A stretch of 64,000 bases of DNA. Source: an uncultured virus (IMG/VR IMGVR_UViG_3300025853_000066). Taxonomy: Duplodnaviria > Heunggongvirae > Uroviricota > Caudoviricetes. The stretch lies in IMG/VR virus record IMGVR_UViG_3300025853_000066. One strand, given 5' to 3'. How positions within the stretch are numbered: the stretch's first letter is position 1; each line of letters opens with the position of its first letter. The position numbers and the translations under genes were made by a program. The notes beneath the pieces are model-generated. The model made no database searches. It was not told where the DNA came from and saw only the letters and a list, made by a program, of their open reading frames with translations. Positions 46,066 through 55,743 of this stretch are shown here, piece by piece.

Positions 46066-46189
46066 CGATTAAGTTTATAGAAAAAAATTTCGTATAAGTT
46101 TCAAAAAACGAAAGGGCGGCTGATAAAGAGGATCGAAGAGCCGCAACAAATGGCTTTTATGTGTATAAATTTCGTATATAAATAAATAA

Positions 46190-46840
46190 ATGGCTTTTCT
46201 TACTGTCAATATTCCCCCTATTGAAGTTTATGTGAAAAAAGAGTATCTTTACGACCATGAAAAAGGTCATGGAGAATTTGAAAAAGGCGTGTGGGTCACT
46301 GCTAAGTCGATTACCGGCCGAGCTTTGTATTTCGAAACGTACTTATATAATTCTGGCGCTCTTTATGATAAGTTGCCTATATCTGCTTTCTGCTCAAAGC
46401 TAGTAGATAAAGACGATAGCTTACCATTAGAAGAGTTACAGTTATGGGATTGTTTTAGCTATCATGTAGCTGTAATCCAGAAATGTAATCCCGGGACAGG
46501 GCGTTGCAAGTATTTATCCCCAAGTAAAAATTGGCACTACGGAACTTATTTGTTCACGATAGATTCTGCTCACCCTGATCCTAATATTCCTGATGTCGGA
46601 TATTCCGAAGTCCCGAGCCAACATAAGTCGTTTAATATTCTCGAACTAGATAACGGCCACTATGCGGCGCAACCGAATAATCGAATAATTTTTTATGATA
46701 AAAGCTTGTCTCCCAAAAAAATGATGTTCCCTGACTATAAAGTTTCGACTATTGAATATAGTGTCGAGCATCATTCTAAATGGGTCGCAGGCGATGATGA
46801 AAGTTTCTTTTATGAACTTAGAGATACTACAAAAAGCTGA
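46190..46840 (+). CDS. conserved phage hypothetical protein
   Basis: NIPP..V.KEYLYD..GHGEF..LPISAF..LQLWDCFSY..AAQPNNR motif recurrent in aquatic phages. Confidence 0.7.
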   Translation: MAFLTVNIPPIEVYVKKEYLYDHEKGHGEFEKGVWVTAKSITGRALYFETYLYNSGALYDKLPISAFCSKLVDKDDSLPLEELQLWDCFSYHVAVIQKCNPGTGRCKYLSPSKNWHYGTYLFTIDSAHPDPNIPDVGYSEVPSQHKSFNILELDNGHYAAQPNNRIIFYDKSLSPKKMMFPDYKVSTIEYSVEHHSKWVAGDDESFFYELRDTTKS

Positions 46841-48320
46841 ACAGATAATCTTAGATAAAAACGCTCCTCAAGAGATTCGAGAAAAAGCGTTCTTAGTCAT
46901 CAAGAATCAAAAAGAAAAACAGGAAGTATCTGGAGCACAAACTTCCATATTAAAGTTCGCTCAACACATGTATAACGGGTATAGTACTCCTGCCCATATA
47001 CAATTAATCGCTAAAAATTTGGAAGCATTAGAACGAGATGAATTTGATCGTCTAGCAATTTTTATGCCGCCAAGACATGGAAAGTCAATGCTATGTTCCG
47101 AAATGTTCCCTGCCTGGTTTCTTGGAAGGAATCCAAAAAATTTCGTTATTCAATCTACGTATGCTCAAGAACTAGCTGATGATTTTGGACGCAAGGTGCG
47201 TAACCACGTGAAATCGGAAGAGTTCTTAAAAGTTTTTCCGAACACGGCACTTCGAGATGATTCTACTTCAGCGAAACGTTTTCACACCGTTCAAGGTGGA
47301 ACATACTCAGCAGTCGGTGCGGGCGGCGCAATTACCGGTCGTGGTGCACACTTACTCATTATTGATGATCCGATTAAAGGGCGAGAAGATGCGGAATCTC
47401 AAGTTCAAAGAAGGAATTTGATTGAATGGTATAAGTCAGTCGCATTTACACGATTAATGCCGGGCGGAAAAGTCATCATTATTCAAACACGATGGCACGA
47501 AGAAGATCTCGCCGGTTTCGTTTTAGAAAATGAACCAGGGCAGTGGAAAGTTTTAGATCTTCCTGCGATTAACGATAACGGGGATGCTCTCTGGCCCGAA
47601 GCCTATCCTCTCGAAAAATTAAAAAAGATTCAAGCGACAGTCGGAGAAAGAGTGTGGCAATCTCTCTACCAGCAGAAGCCAAGTGCGGAGCAAGGGCAAA
47701 TCTTAAAAAGAGATTGGTGGAGAGTATGGGATAAGAAAAGATTCCCAGCGTGTCATACGATCATTCAATCGTGGGACACTGCTTTCTCAGCGAAACAGTC
47801 CGCTGACTATTCCGCAAGAACAACTTGGGGTGTGTTTACACATATAGACGAAGAAGGAAAAGATCAAGCTTGTATTATTTTATTAGAAGCGTGGCGTAAT
47901 CGTGTCGAGTATCCTGAACTACGAAAAGAGGCTCAACAATCATTTTTCGATTGGAAGCCCGATGTCGTTTTAGTCGAGAAACGAGCATCAGGTCAAAGCT
48001 TACTTCAAGATCTACGAAGAGCAGGGATCCCTGTGAAAGAATTTACACCCGATCGAGATAAAGTTTCCAGAGCCCATGTCGTAGCTTCCATGTTAGAAAC
48101 GGGACTAATTTGGATTCCGAATGAAGCGTGGGTCGATGATTTAGTTGAAGAATGTGCTTCTTTTCCTTATGGAAAGCACGACGATTTAGTCGATACGTCA
48201 ACTCAAGCGTGGCAGCTGATACGAGATAACTATTTAGTTTCTCACCCGAACGATCCTGAAGATGAAGAATGGGACGATAAACCTTATCGAGTCATACAGA
48301 AAAAGTCCTTTTACAGTTAA
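46812..48320 (+). CDS. terL: terminase large subunit
   Basis: MPPRHGKS Walker A, IIDDP Walker B, QSWDTA and HDDLVD nuclease motifs. Exact start uncertain (46752-46812). Confidence 0.95.
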   Translation: MNLEILQKAEQIILDKNAPQEIREKAFLVIKNQKEKQEVSGAQTSILKFAQHMYNGYSTPAHIQLIAKNLEALERDEFDRLAIFMPPRHGKSMLCSEMFPAWFLGRNPKNFVIQSTYAQELADDFGRKVRNHVKSEEFLKVFPNTALRDDSTSAKRFHTVQGGTYSAVGAGGAITGRGAHLLIIDDPIKGREDAESQVQRRNLIEWYKSVAFTRLMPGGKVIIIQTRWHEEDLAGFVLENEPGQWKVLDLPAINDNGDALWPEAYPLEKLKKIQATVGERVWQSLYQQKPSAEQGQILKRDWWRVWDKKRFPACHTIIQSWDTAFSAKQSADYSARTTWGVFTHIDEEGKDQACIILLEAWRNRVEYPELRKEAQQSFFDWKPDVVLVEKRASGQSLLQDLRRAGIPVKEFTPDRDKVSRAHVVASMLETGLIWIPNEAWVDDLVEECASFPYGKHDDLVDTSTQAWQLIRDNYLVSHPNDPEDEEWDDKPYRVIQKKSFYS

Positions 48321-48343
48321 ATAAATATCGTTATAGTATTCGA

Positions 48344-48577
48344 ATGGCAAGTATGTATAAAGCGACCAAGCCCATGCCGGCGAAATCTAGTCCGAATTAT
48401 GCGAAAGCTTTAATCGAGGAAGATGATCGTTTCTATGACAAATATCCTAGATGTCTAAGAGATGATGAGATGCTCGTAGAGGCGATGAATAATCCAGGAA
48501 AAGAAATCACTAGCGATAGCATGCAAGAAACACCTATGGAAGTAAGTGGCATGATGGTCATTAAAATAAAGGGGTAG
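48344..48577 (+). CDS. hypothetical protein (possibly leaderless)
   Basis: TTTACA-16-TATAGT ends 6 nt upstream of the ATG; no SD. Confidence 0.55.
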   Translation: MASMYKATKPMPAKSSPNYAKALIEEDDRFYDKYPRCLRDDEMLVEAMNNPGKEITSDSMQETPMEVSGMMVIKIKG

Positions 48578-48581
48578 AGTT

Positions 48582-48701
48582 ATGAAGAAAAAAATGGACT
48601 TAGATAAAGACGGAAAAATTTCGTCTTATGAAAAGAAACGAGGCATGGCGATTATGAAAGCAATGTCAAAGAAAAAGAAAAAGGGTAAGAAGAAAAAGTA
48701 A
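48582..48701 (+). CDS. small basic protein with EF-hand-like DLDKDGKISSYE loop (not in ORF track)
   Basis: 39 aa; GGGG RBS; coupled to the next ORF. Confidence 0.6.
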   Translation: MKKKMDLDKDGKISSYEKKRGMAIMKAMSKKKKKGKKKK

Positions 48702-48892
48702 TGCCTAAAAAATATAAAGGAACAAGATCAAGTTTAGGACCTGGTCCGAGTGATCGAGAAGGCGTAGAAACCGCAGCACGTGCTATGGAAGGAATGAAAT
48801 CTAGATACTTAAATACGACTAAAGCTGAAACTTCTTCAATGGGAAGTGACGGAAGTAAAGAAACCAAAGAGTGGTTAAGTTCAAAGGAGTAA
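48701..48892 (+). CDS. hypothetical protein
   Basis: TAATG-coupled ORF. Confidence 0.55.
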   Translation: MPKKYKGTRSSLGPGPSDREGVETAARAMEGMKSRYLNTTKAETSSMGSDGSKETKEWLSSKE

Positions 48893-48895
48893 ATC

Positions 48896-49024
48896 ATGCC
48901 AGGATCAAGATATAAAGAATTAAAAGAACTTCTCGATAAAGCTGTAGAAGAAGATGATCAAGATACGATTGATATTATCGAGCCTGAACTAGAGCAACTT
49001 GAACCGGAAGATGATGACGATTAA
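48896..49024 (+). CDS. 42-aa acidic protein (not in ORF track)
   Basis: AAGGAG RBS; ends ..EPEDDDD. Confidence 0.55.
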   Translation: MPGSRYKELKELLDKAVEEDDQDTIDIIEPELEQLEPEDDDD

Positions 49025-49296
49025 TGCCGGACAAGCAACCTCCTAAAACAAAGAAATATTTTCGCTCTACAAAAAGTGGAGCGGGTATGACGAAAGCAGG
49101 GGTAGCTCGGTATCGAAGAGAAAATCCAGGTTCAAAATTATCGACAGCGGTAACAGAAAAAAATCCGAAAGGAAAACGTGCCGCTCGAAGAAAATCGTAC
49201 TGTGCTAGAAGTGCGGGTCAAATGAAAAAATTTCCGAAAGCGGCCAAAGACCCTAATTCTAGATTACGTCAAGCGAGAAGAAGGTGGAGATGTTAA
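49024..49296 (+). CDS. conserved basic phage protein (DUF6321-like)
   Basis: GMT.AGV..YRR.NPGSKL.TAVT..RRKSYCARS..W.C motif. Confidence 0.7.
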   Translation: MPDKQPPKTKKYFRSTKSGAGMTKAGVARYRRENPGSKLSTAVTEKNPKGKRAARRKSYCARSAGQMKKFPKAAKDPNSRLRQARRRWRC

Positions 49297-49376
49297 ATAG
49301 ATCTTCTTTTCCAAAACAAATGAAAAATTGTAAAAAGAGAAAAACAAAAAAGAAAACGAAAGGCAAGAAAAAGTAA
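49290..49376 (+). CDS. 28-aa Lys-rich peptide (not in ORF track)
   Basis: Overlaps the upstream stop and is TAATG-coupled to the next ORF. Confidence 0.4.
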   Translation: MLNRSSFPKQMKNCKKRKTKKKTKGKKK

Positions 49377-49630
49377 TGGCTACTAAATTAGAAAACGAAT
49401 TAGAAAAATTAAGAAAAGAAAATAAAAGATTAGATAGGGAAGTTACTAAGCTTCAATCGAAAGTTTCACAGAAAGACCAATCGTTAAAAGAAAAAGATTT
49501 ACATATAACATTTTTAACTGATCGTCTATCCAATTGGGCAGATAAATTTTTTGAATTACGAACTAACTTTATTAATTTACCAATAGGTGAAAAAGTTAAG
49601 CTACAGGAGAAAATGCAAGGTGGCGAATGA
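49376..49630 (+). CDS. coiled-coil hypothetical protein
   Basis: Heptad pattern. Confidence 0.55.
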   Translation: MATKLENELEKLRKENKRLDREVTKLQSKVSQKDQSLKEKDLHITFLTDRLSNWADKFFELRTNFINLPIGEKVKLQEKMQGGE

Positions 49631-51950
49631 AGATAACAAATTAGAAGATGTACTAGAAATAGAATCAGACGGTTCTATTAACGTAGACATTTCTGAAGGT
49701 GATGAAGAAGAGGAAGAAGAGTTTGTTAATCCTTATGAAACAGATCACTATGCAAACTTAGCTGAAGATCTAGATAAAGATAAACTAGCTGAAATTTCAT
49801 CTGACCTTTTAAATAAATTTGAAAACGATAAGTCCTCTCGAAAAGATTGGGAAGATCAATATTCAAAAGGACTAAAAATGTTAGGTGTTATTTCAGAAGA
49901 AAGAGATGATCCATTCCCTGGTGCTTCTGGAGTTCATAATCCTTTAATGGCGGAAGCTGCAACTCAATTCCAAGCGAGAGCAATTTCTGAAATGTTTCCA
50001 CCCGGCGGCCCTGTAAAAACACAAATTATTGGAAAAGTTACAGAAGAAAGAGAGATGCAGGCTCAAAGAGTTCAAGAATTTATGAACTATCAAATCACTC
50101 AGTTAATGCCCGATTACTTTAGCGAACTAGATCAGATGTTATTTAACTTATCTCTAGCAGGATCAGCGTTTAAAAAAGTTTATTATGACACTGCTTCAGA
50201 TCAAGTAAGTGCTAAATTCATTCCTGCGGAAGATTTAGTCGTTTCCTACAGTACAACTGAATTAGATACTTCTCCTCGATATACTCAAATTATGAAATTA
50301 ACGACTAATGATGTTAAAAAATACATGAAAACGGGTTTTTATCGTGACATTAAATTAACTTCAGCTTCAAATGATGATGAAGAAAGTCAAGTTCAACAGA
50401 CTTTAGATGAATTAGACGGAATTAACCCTGGTAATAGTGATCAAACTAGACAAGTTTTAGAGTTTCATGTTAACTATAACTTAGGAAATGATGAAGATGA
50501 CTTAGAGTTACCTTACATTATTACAGTAGATCGCTCTTCACAGCAAATTTTAGCGATTAGACGCAATTGGAAAGAAGATGATAAGCTACAAAACAAGCGA
50601 GTTTACTTTATTCACTATAAATATTTACCAGGTTTAGGCTTTTACGGCTTCGGTTTAATACACATGATCGGTGGATTACAGCATGCAAGCACGGGTGCAC
50701 TCAGAGCGTTACTTGATAGTGCTGCATTTGCAAATTTAAATGGTGGATTTAAAGCGAAAGGTGCTCGAATTGAAGGTGGAGACATTACAGTATCACCTGG
50801 TGAGTGGGTTGAAGTCGAAGCTTATGGCGATGACTTAAGAAAATCGTTTATTCCACTTCCATTTAAAGAGCCATCACCTACTTTAATGCAATTATTAGGA
50901 ATTTTAACTGAATCTGGACGTAGATTTACTTCAATTGCTGATGCTATGGTCGGAGATGCAGCTTCATCTGCTCCTGTCGGAAGTATTGTAGCACAAATTG
51001 AGCAAGGATCAAAAGTATTTAGTGCGATTCATAAAAGATTACACATGGCGCAGGGAAAAGAACTTAAATTAATCGGTGAATTAAACGGAGAATTCCTAGA
51101 TAACGAATATCCTTACGAAATTATCGGCGATGAGAAGATGGTTAGACGAAAAGATTTCGATGGACGTGTCGATATTATCCCTGTATCTGATCCAAATATT
51201 TTTTCAGCGGCACAAAGAATCGCTATGGCGCAAACCGAACTTCAACTAGCTCAATCTGCTCCTCAAATTATCGATGTGCGTAAAGCCTATGAACGATTAG
51301 TGCGTGCTTTGAATATACCAGAGCCTGAAGAACTATTACTTGAAGAAATGGAGCCAAAAAGAATGGATCCTGTCTCTGAAAATATGGCGGTATTGAATCA
51401 AACTCCGATAAAAGCGTTTATGGATCAAAATCACACTGCTCACTTAGCAGTTCATCAACAATTTTTAGCTGATCCACGATTTGGTGGAAATACTCAAGCA
51501 CAACAAGCTATCTTAGGTCCTATGTTAGCACACATGGCGGAACACTTAGCGTATCAATATAAAATGACTATGCAAAGTTTAGGACAACAAGCAGGAATGC
51601 CGATACAAATTCCTAATATAGACTTTAAAGACAGAGATAGTGAACAGGAAGAACTATCTCCAGAAGCAGAAAACGCTTTAGCGCAGTTTGAAGCACAAAC
51701 AGCTCAACTTCTAGCTCAAAGTCAACCTCCGAGTGAAGAACAAGTTAAACAGCAACAACAGAACGCTAAAGATCAAGCTGAACTTCAGCTTAAAGCGAAA
51801 GAAATGCAGATAAGAGAAGCTAGGTTTGTAGAAGGCGTAAAGAAAGATGAAAAAGTTCAAGATAGACTTGAAAGAGAATCAAAATTAAAAGCACTAGATA
51901 CAGCTATGAAAATGGCGGAAAGGAAAGATGCTGCAAAAAAAGAGTCTTAG
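49620..51950 (+). CDS. portal protein
   Basis: PFPGASGVH.P...EA..QFQARA, GSAFKKVYYD, PGLGFYGFGL, SAIHKRLH; GTG start at 49620 with AGGAG RBS. Confidence 0.85.
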   Translation: MANEDNKLEDVLEIESDGSINVDISEGDEEEEEEFVNPYETDHYANLAEDLDKDKLAEISSDLLNKFENDKSSRKDWEDQYSKGLKMLGVISEERDDPFPGASGVHNPLMAEAATQFQARAISEMFPPGGPVKTQIIGKVTEEREMQAQRVQEFMNYQITQLMPDYFSELDQMLFNLSLAGSAFKKVYYDTASDQVSAKFIPAEDLVVSYSTTELDTSPRYTQIMKLTTNDVKKYMKTGFYRDIKLTSASNDDEESQVQQTLDELDGINPGNSDQTRQVLEFHVNYNLGNDEDDLELPYIITVDRSSQQILAIRRNWKEDDKLQNKRVYFIHYKYLPGLGFYGFGLIHMIGGLQHASTGALRALLDSAAFANLNGGFKAKGARIEGGDITVSPGEWVEVEAYGDDLRKSFIPLPFKEPSPTLMQLLGILTESGRRFTSIADAMVGDAASSAPVGSIVAQIEQGSKVFSAIHKRLHMAQGKELKLIGELNGEFLDNEYPYEIIGDEKMVRRKDFDGRVDIIPVSDPNIFSAAQRIAMAQTELQLAQSAPQIIDVRKAYERLVRALNIPEPEELLLEEMEPKRMDPVSENMAVLNQTPIKAFMDQNHTAHLAVHQQFLADPRFGGNTQAQQAILGPMLAHMAEHLAYQYKMTMQSLGQQAGMPIQIPNIDFKDRDSEQEELSPEAENALAQFEAQTAQLLAQSQPPSEEQVKQQQQNAKDQAELQLKAKEMQIREARFVEGVKKDEKVQDRLERESKLKALDTAMKMAERKDAAKKES

Positions 51951-52149
51951 GCCAACCGGAGAAGAAATAAGACAAGCTAAAAAATTTCTTCAAAATAAAA
52001 AAATAAAAACTCAAGTAATAAAACCTAACTTATTTGCGATGGCTTCAAAAGAAGTAAATAAAAATTATGATCAAACACTACAATCTATTTTAGAGGTACT
52101 AAATGCTAAAACTAACGGAAGCAATTCTAGAGGAAATAAAAAAACTTAG
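51928..52149 (+). CDS. hypothetical protein
   Basis: Overlapping ORF with AAGGA RBS. Confidence 0.5.
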   Translation: MLQKKSLRPTGEEIRQAKKFLQNKKIKTQVIKPNLFAMASKEVNKNYDQTLQSILEVLNAKTNGSNSRGNKKT

Positions 52150-52306
52150 AAGAGATTTATCTGAACGAACTGTTAATCCAGGATTTGATACTCACGAACA
52201 ATATATCAAAACTATTGGAATAGTTCATGGTTTAGATAGAGCCAGAGATATTATTAAAGATATTTCTGAACGATACATGAAAGGAGATATACTCGAAGAT
52301 GAGTAA
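52103..52306 (+). CDS. conserved hypothetical protein between portal and GroES
   Basis: Y....G...GL motif; GAGG RBS. Confidence 0.6.
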   Translation: MLKLTEAILEEIKKLRRDLSERTVNPGFDTHEQYIKTIGIVHGLDRARDIIKDISERYMKGDILEDE

Positions 52307-52676
52307 TATTATCATGAATAATGATTGGCACACCGATAGTGATGTCGCTGATCCAAAAGAACTACCAATCCCGTGTGGATTTCGAATACTCATTCGACCA
52401 ATCGCACCGATTAAAAAAACGAAAGGTGGAATTATCTTAACTGATAAAGCTGTAGAAGATCAAGCTTATCTTAATAGCAAAGGAAGAGTTCTTGCTATGG
52501 GAGATGAATGTTACGATAAAAGCCAAAAACCGTGGTGTACAATTGGCGACTATGTTGTATATGGTAGATATGCAGGAAGTAAGATTGACGTAGGTGGCGT
52601 TAAGATGCTCTTGTTAAATGATGATGAGATATTAGCAGTTTTACCAAACCCTGATATCTTAACAACTAAAGTATAA
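52299..52676 (+). CDS. groES: co-chaperonin GroES
   Basis: P.GFRILI.P..KTKGGIIL..G.VLAMG..GD.V..Y.G..LLNDDEILAV. Confidence 0.9.
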   Translation: MSNIIMNNDWHTDSDVADPKELPIPCGFRILIRPIAPIKKTKGGIILTDKAVEDQAYLNSKGRVLAMGDECYDKSQKPWCTIGDYVVYGRYAGSKIDVGGVKMLLLNDDEILAVLPNPDILTTKV

Positions 52677-52717
52677 ACACGTGGCGCACAACCACGCAAT
52701 ACATGGGAGGTTAAACC

Positions 52718-53671
52718 ATGATAGACGAAGAACTAAAGGAAGTCGAGGTAACTCTTGACGAGGAAAAAGAAGAACAAACAAATCAAAATCCAATTGAAGA
52801 AGCAATCAATGCGCAACAGTTGGATAATGAAGGAGATTCTTCTAAGAATGCAGAATCAGAAAAGCCTGAATTAGAAGTTGAACTTTCTAATCTTAGATCT
52901 GAATTAGAAGAAATTAAAAAAGAGCCTTACTCGGAAAGAGTAAAAAAACGTATCGCAAAAGAAGTTGCTAAGACTAGAGCGGCAGCTGAAAAAGCAAAAA
53001 TGCTTGAAGATCGTTTAGCTCGTATTGAAGCTTCTATGGCAGAAAAAGAAAAAGAAGAAAAAGAAGTTCAATATAAAACGGTAGCACAACAATTACGAGA
53101 AGCTATTGAATCAGGTGAAACTGATAAACAGGTAGAATTAATGGAAGCAATGTCAGATTTAAGACAAAGAAAATCTAACGTTCAACCTGAGAAACCAGTT
53201 GAAAATACTAATAATGTTGAAGATAGAATTAATTCTCTTCCAGAATTAGCAAAAGATTGGATTGCTAGAAACTCTGGCTGGTGGAATAAACCAGAGCATA
53301 GAGATGCTACAACTTTATCTTTTGGTATTGATAATCAATTAGTAGAAGAAGGATATGACGTAAATGATCCGGAATATTATCAAGAACTCGATAAAAGAAT
53401 GTCAAAGTATTTTCCTGACTTAATAAATCCGCAACAAACAGCAGATAAAAACACTTCACAAGATGATAAAAAGGTTGTATCTTCAGAACAGAAGAGAGTG
53501 CAATCGCCAGTTGCAGGTGTTTCTCGATCTACATCGGGTTCTGCTAAGAGCGTTAAGCTATCTGCTGATGATCTAGCAAATGCTAGAAAATTTGGAATAG
53601 ATATTAGCGATCCAGCGGCACTGAAAAGATACGCAAGGGAACTTGCTAGTCTTTCAATACAGGACAAATAG
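52718..53671 (+). CDS. capsid scaffolding protein
   Basis: Acidic coiled coil (YSERVKKRI; W...N.WW), upstream of the capsid genes. Confidence 0.7.
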   Translation: MIDEELKEVEVTLDEEKEEQTNQNPIEEAINAQQLDNEGDSSKNAESEKPELEVELSNLRSELEEIKKEPYSERVKKRIAKEVAKTRAAAEKAKMLEDRLARIEASMAEKEKEEKEVQYKTVAQQLREAIESGETDKQVELMEAMSDLRQRKSNVQPEKPVENTNNVEDRINSLPELAKDWIARNSGWWNKPEHRDATTLSFGIDNQLVEEGYDVNDPEYYQELDKRMSKYFPDLINPQQTADKNTSQDDKKVVSSEQKRVQSPVAGVSRSTSGSAKSVKLSADDLANARKFGIDISDPAALKRYARELASLSIQDK

Positions 53672-53686
53672 AAAAGGAGCCTGATA

Positions 53687-54118
53687 ATGACAACTAAAGA
53701 AACACGAGATGAGCTTTCTCGTAAAAAAGCTTGGAGACCGCCATCATTGTTAGAGGCGCCACCAGCGAGGCCAGGATATAAGCAACGTTGGGTAGCGACT
53801 AGCATTTTAGGTCAAGATAACCCAACTAATTGGGCGAAACGAATGAGAGAAGGTTGGCAACCAAGAGATCCAAAGACAGTGTCTAAGGATTTCGCAGTGG
53901 CTACCATTGAACATGGAAAGTTCGCCGGTTACATTGGCGTTGAAGGAATGGTTCTCTGTGAAATGCCAGAGGAATTGATTTCGCAGCGTAATGAATATTA
54001 TGCAAATAAAACACGAAATCAAGAACTTGCAGTCGAGCATGACTTACATAGATCAGAACAACCAGGTAATCCTATCCAACGAGAACATCGATCTAAAACG
54101 ACAGTAGGTGGTGAGTAA
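53687..54118 (+). CDS. conserved head-module protein
   Basis: W.PPS.L.AP...G...RW..REGW motif. Confidence 0.65.
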   Translation: MTTKETRDELSRKKAWRPPSLLEAPPARPGYKQRWVATSILGQDNPTNWAKRMREGWQPRDPKTVSKDFAVATIEHGKFAGYIGVEGMVLCEMPEELISQRNEYYANKTRNQELAVEHDLHRSEQPGNPIQREHRSKTTVGGE

Positions 54119-54150
54119 GGCAATGGCAATTTTAAGGAGGTAAATATAAA

Positions 54151-54720
54151 ATGGCTAACGCAGACACACCAAACGGTTTTGTACCTAAAAGACACTTAAC
54201 CGGTGGCGTAATCAGAGCCAATGAATACCTAATTGCAAATGGCAAAGCTGCAAATTTCTTTTCTGGCGATATCGTAGATCTCGGATCAGATGGATATTTA
54301 GACACTTTCGCTAATACTGAAAAAGCAATTGGAGTATTTTACGGCGCTGAATATGTCGATGAAAGTACAGGTGACGTGAAGTTTGTAAAAAAATGGACTT
54401 CCGGTACCACAGTAAAAGCTAACACAACAGTGAAAGCTTATGTTTATGACGACCCAATGATTACTTACACAGTACAGGCCGGTAACGGTTCTATTGCTCA
54501 AGCTAACATTGGTGAGACAGCAAACGTTCTATTAACAGCAGGTAATTCTACTTACGGTTATTCACAACACGAGTTGGATAACGATACTCTAGCAACAACT
54601 TCACTTGTTCTTAGAGTTCTAAGAAAAGTAGATGAGCCTAATAATGATTTCGGTGAGAATGCTAAAGTTGAAGTAGTTATCAACCAGCACAGATTATCGA
54701 CTCAAGGCGCAGGAGTATAA
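54151..54720 (+). CDS. capsid decoration/cement protein
   Basis: MAN.D.P.GF.P, GVF.G.EY, V.DDP; directly before the MCP; AAGGAGGT RBS. Confidence 0.65.
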   Translation: MANADTPNGFVPKRHLTGGVIRANEYLIANGKAANFFSGDIVDLGSDGYLDTFANTEKAIGVFYGAEYVDESTGDVKFVKKWTSGTTVKANTTVKAYVYDDPMITYTVQAGNGSIAQANIGETANVLLTAGNSTYGYSQHELDNDTLATTSLVLRVLRKVDEPNNDFGENAKVEVVINQHRLSTQGAGV

Positions 54721-54726
54721 TAAGTT

Positions 54727-55635
54727 ATGGCATTAAATAGATCTTTATTTACAAAACAGCTTAACTTAGGCCTCAACACTATTTTTGGTATGGAATATGA
54801 CCGTTACCCAGAACAGTGGAGAGAAATATTCTCTGTTGAGCAATCACAAAAGGCTTTTGAAGAAGATGTACAGATGATTGGTTTCGGTGCAGCTCCTACT
54901 AAAGCAGAAGGCGCAGCTATCTCTTACGAATCAGGAAGAGAAGGTATTGTAGCAAGATATACCCACGAGACAATCGCATTAGCATTTTCAATTACTGAGG
55001 AAGCTGAAGAAGATGGTCTTTACGGTTCACTTGGTGCAAAGTACGCTAGAGCTTTAGCAAGATCAATGCAGCACACAAAAGAAATCAAAGGTGCTAACAT
55101 CTTAAACAACGGCTTTAACACAGTAGTCGGTGGTGACGGAGTAAGCATGCTTAATGCATCTCACCCACTTGGCGGTGGCGGAACAGCTTCAAACATTCTC
55201 GCAACTGCAGCTGACTTATCAGAAACATCTCTAGAGACAATGTTAATTCAGATTTCTGAAATGACAGACGATAGAGGTATTCCTGTTGCAGCTACAGGTC
55301 AGAAGCTAATCGTTCCACCTGAGTTAATGTTTATTGCTGAAAGAATCATTAACAGTAACTTAAGACCAGGTACAGCTGACAATGATATTAACGCTATGAA
55401 ATCAATGGGAATGATCCCTGGTGGCGTAGCAGTTAATCAGCGTCTAACTGACCCTGATGCGTTCTTCTTAATGACTGACGTGCCAGATGGCATGAAGCAT
55501 TTCGTAAGACGTTCACTTAAAAAAGCTGTTGAAGGTGATTTTGAGACAGGAAACTTACGCTACAAAGTATCAGAAAGATATTCATTCGGTTTCACCGATT
55601 GGAGAGGTATCTTCGGTACTCCAGGCGCAGCCTAA
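54727..55635 (+). CDS. major capsid protein
   Basis: 302 aa; ARYTHETIALAF.ITEEA.ED, LIVPP, ERYSFG..DWRG. Confidence 0.9.
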   Translation: MALNRSLFTKQLNLGLNTIFGMEYDRYPEQWREIFSVEQSQKAFEEDVQMIGFGAAPTKAEGAAISYESGREGIVARYTHETIALAFSITEEAEEDGLYGSLGAKYARALARSMQHTKEIKGANILNNGFNTVVGGDGVSMLNASHPLGGGGTASNILATAADLSETSLETMLIQISEMTDDRGIPVAATGQKLIVPPELMFIAERIINSNLRPGTADNDINAMKSMGMIPGGVAVNQRLTDPDAFFLMTDVPDGMKHFVRRSLKKAVEGDFETGNLRYKVSERYSFGFTDWRGIFGTPGAA

Positions 55636-55648
55636 TAATTAAAAAACT

Positions 55649-55677
55649 GAGAGAGGGTGTTATCGCCCTCTCTTTCT
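55649..55677 (+). terminator. hairpin/terminator after MCP
   Basis: gagagggtg-ttat-cgccctctc followed by tttct. Confidence 0.65.
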
Positions 55678-55687
55678 CAACATAACA

Positions 55688-55743
55688 AGTTACATAAACT
55701 GAGTTGAGCAGACGGTATAGAGATTATGTAACTCGGTCTATAC
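55688..55743 (+). ncRNA. candidate H-type pseudoknot cis-regulatory RNA
   Basis: 55688-97 pairs with 55724-33 (10 bp perfect); 55715-21 pairs with 55737-43 (7 bp perfect), interleaved. Confidence 0.5.

Noticed and set aside
53380..53805. 141-aa minus-strand ORF and other antisense or nested ORFs (e.g. 62759-63079, 62375-62653, 44490-44741, 48652-48897, 20366-20907)
   Set aside because: Shadows of well-supported genes or of repeat DNA; no RBS or recognisable motifs.
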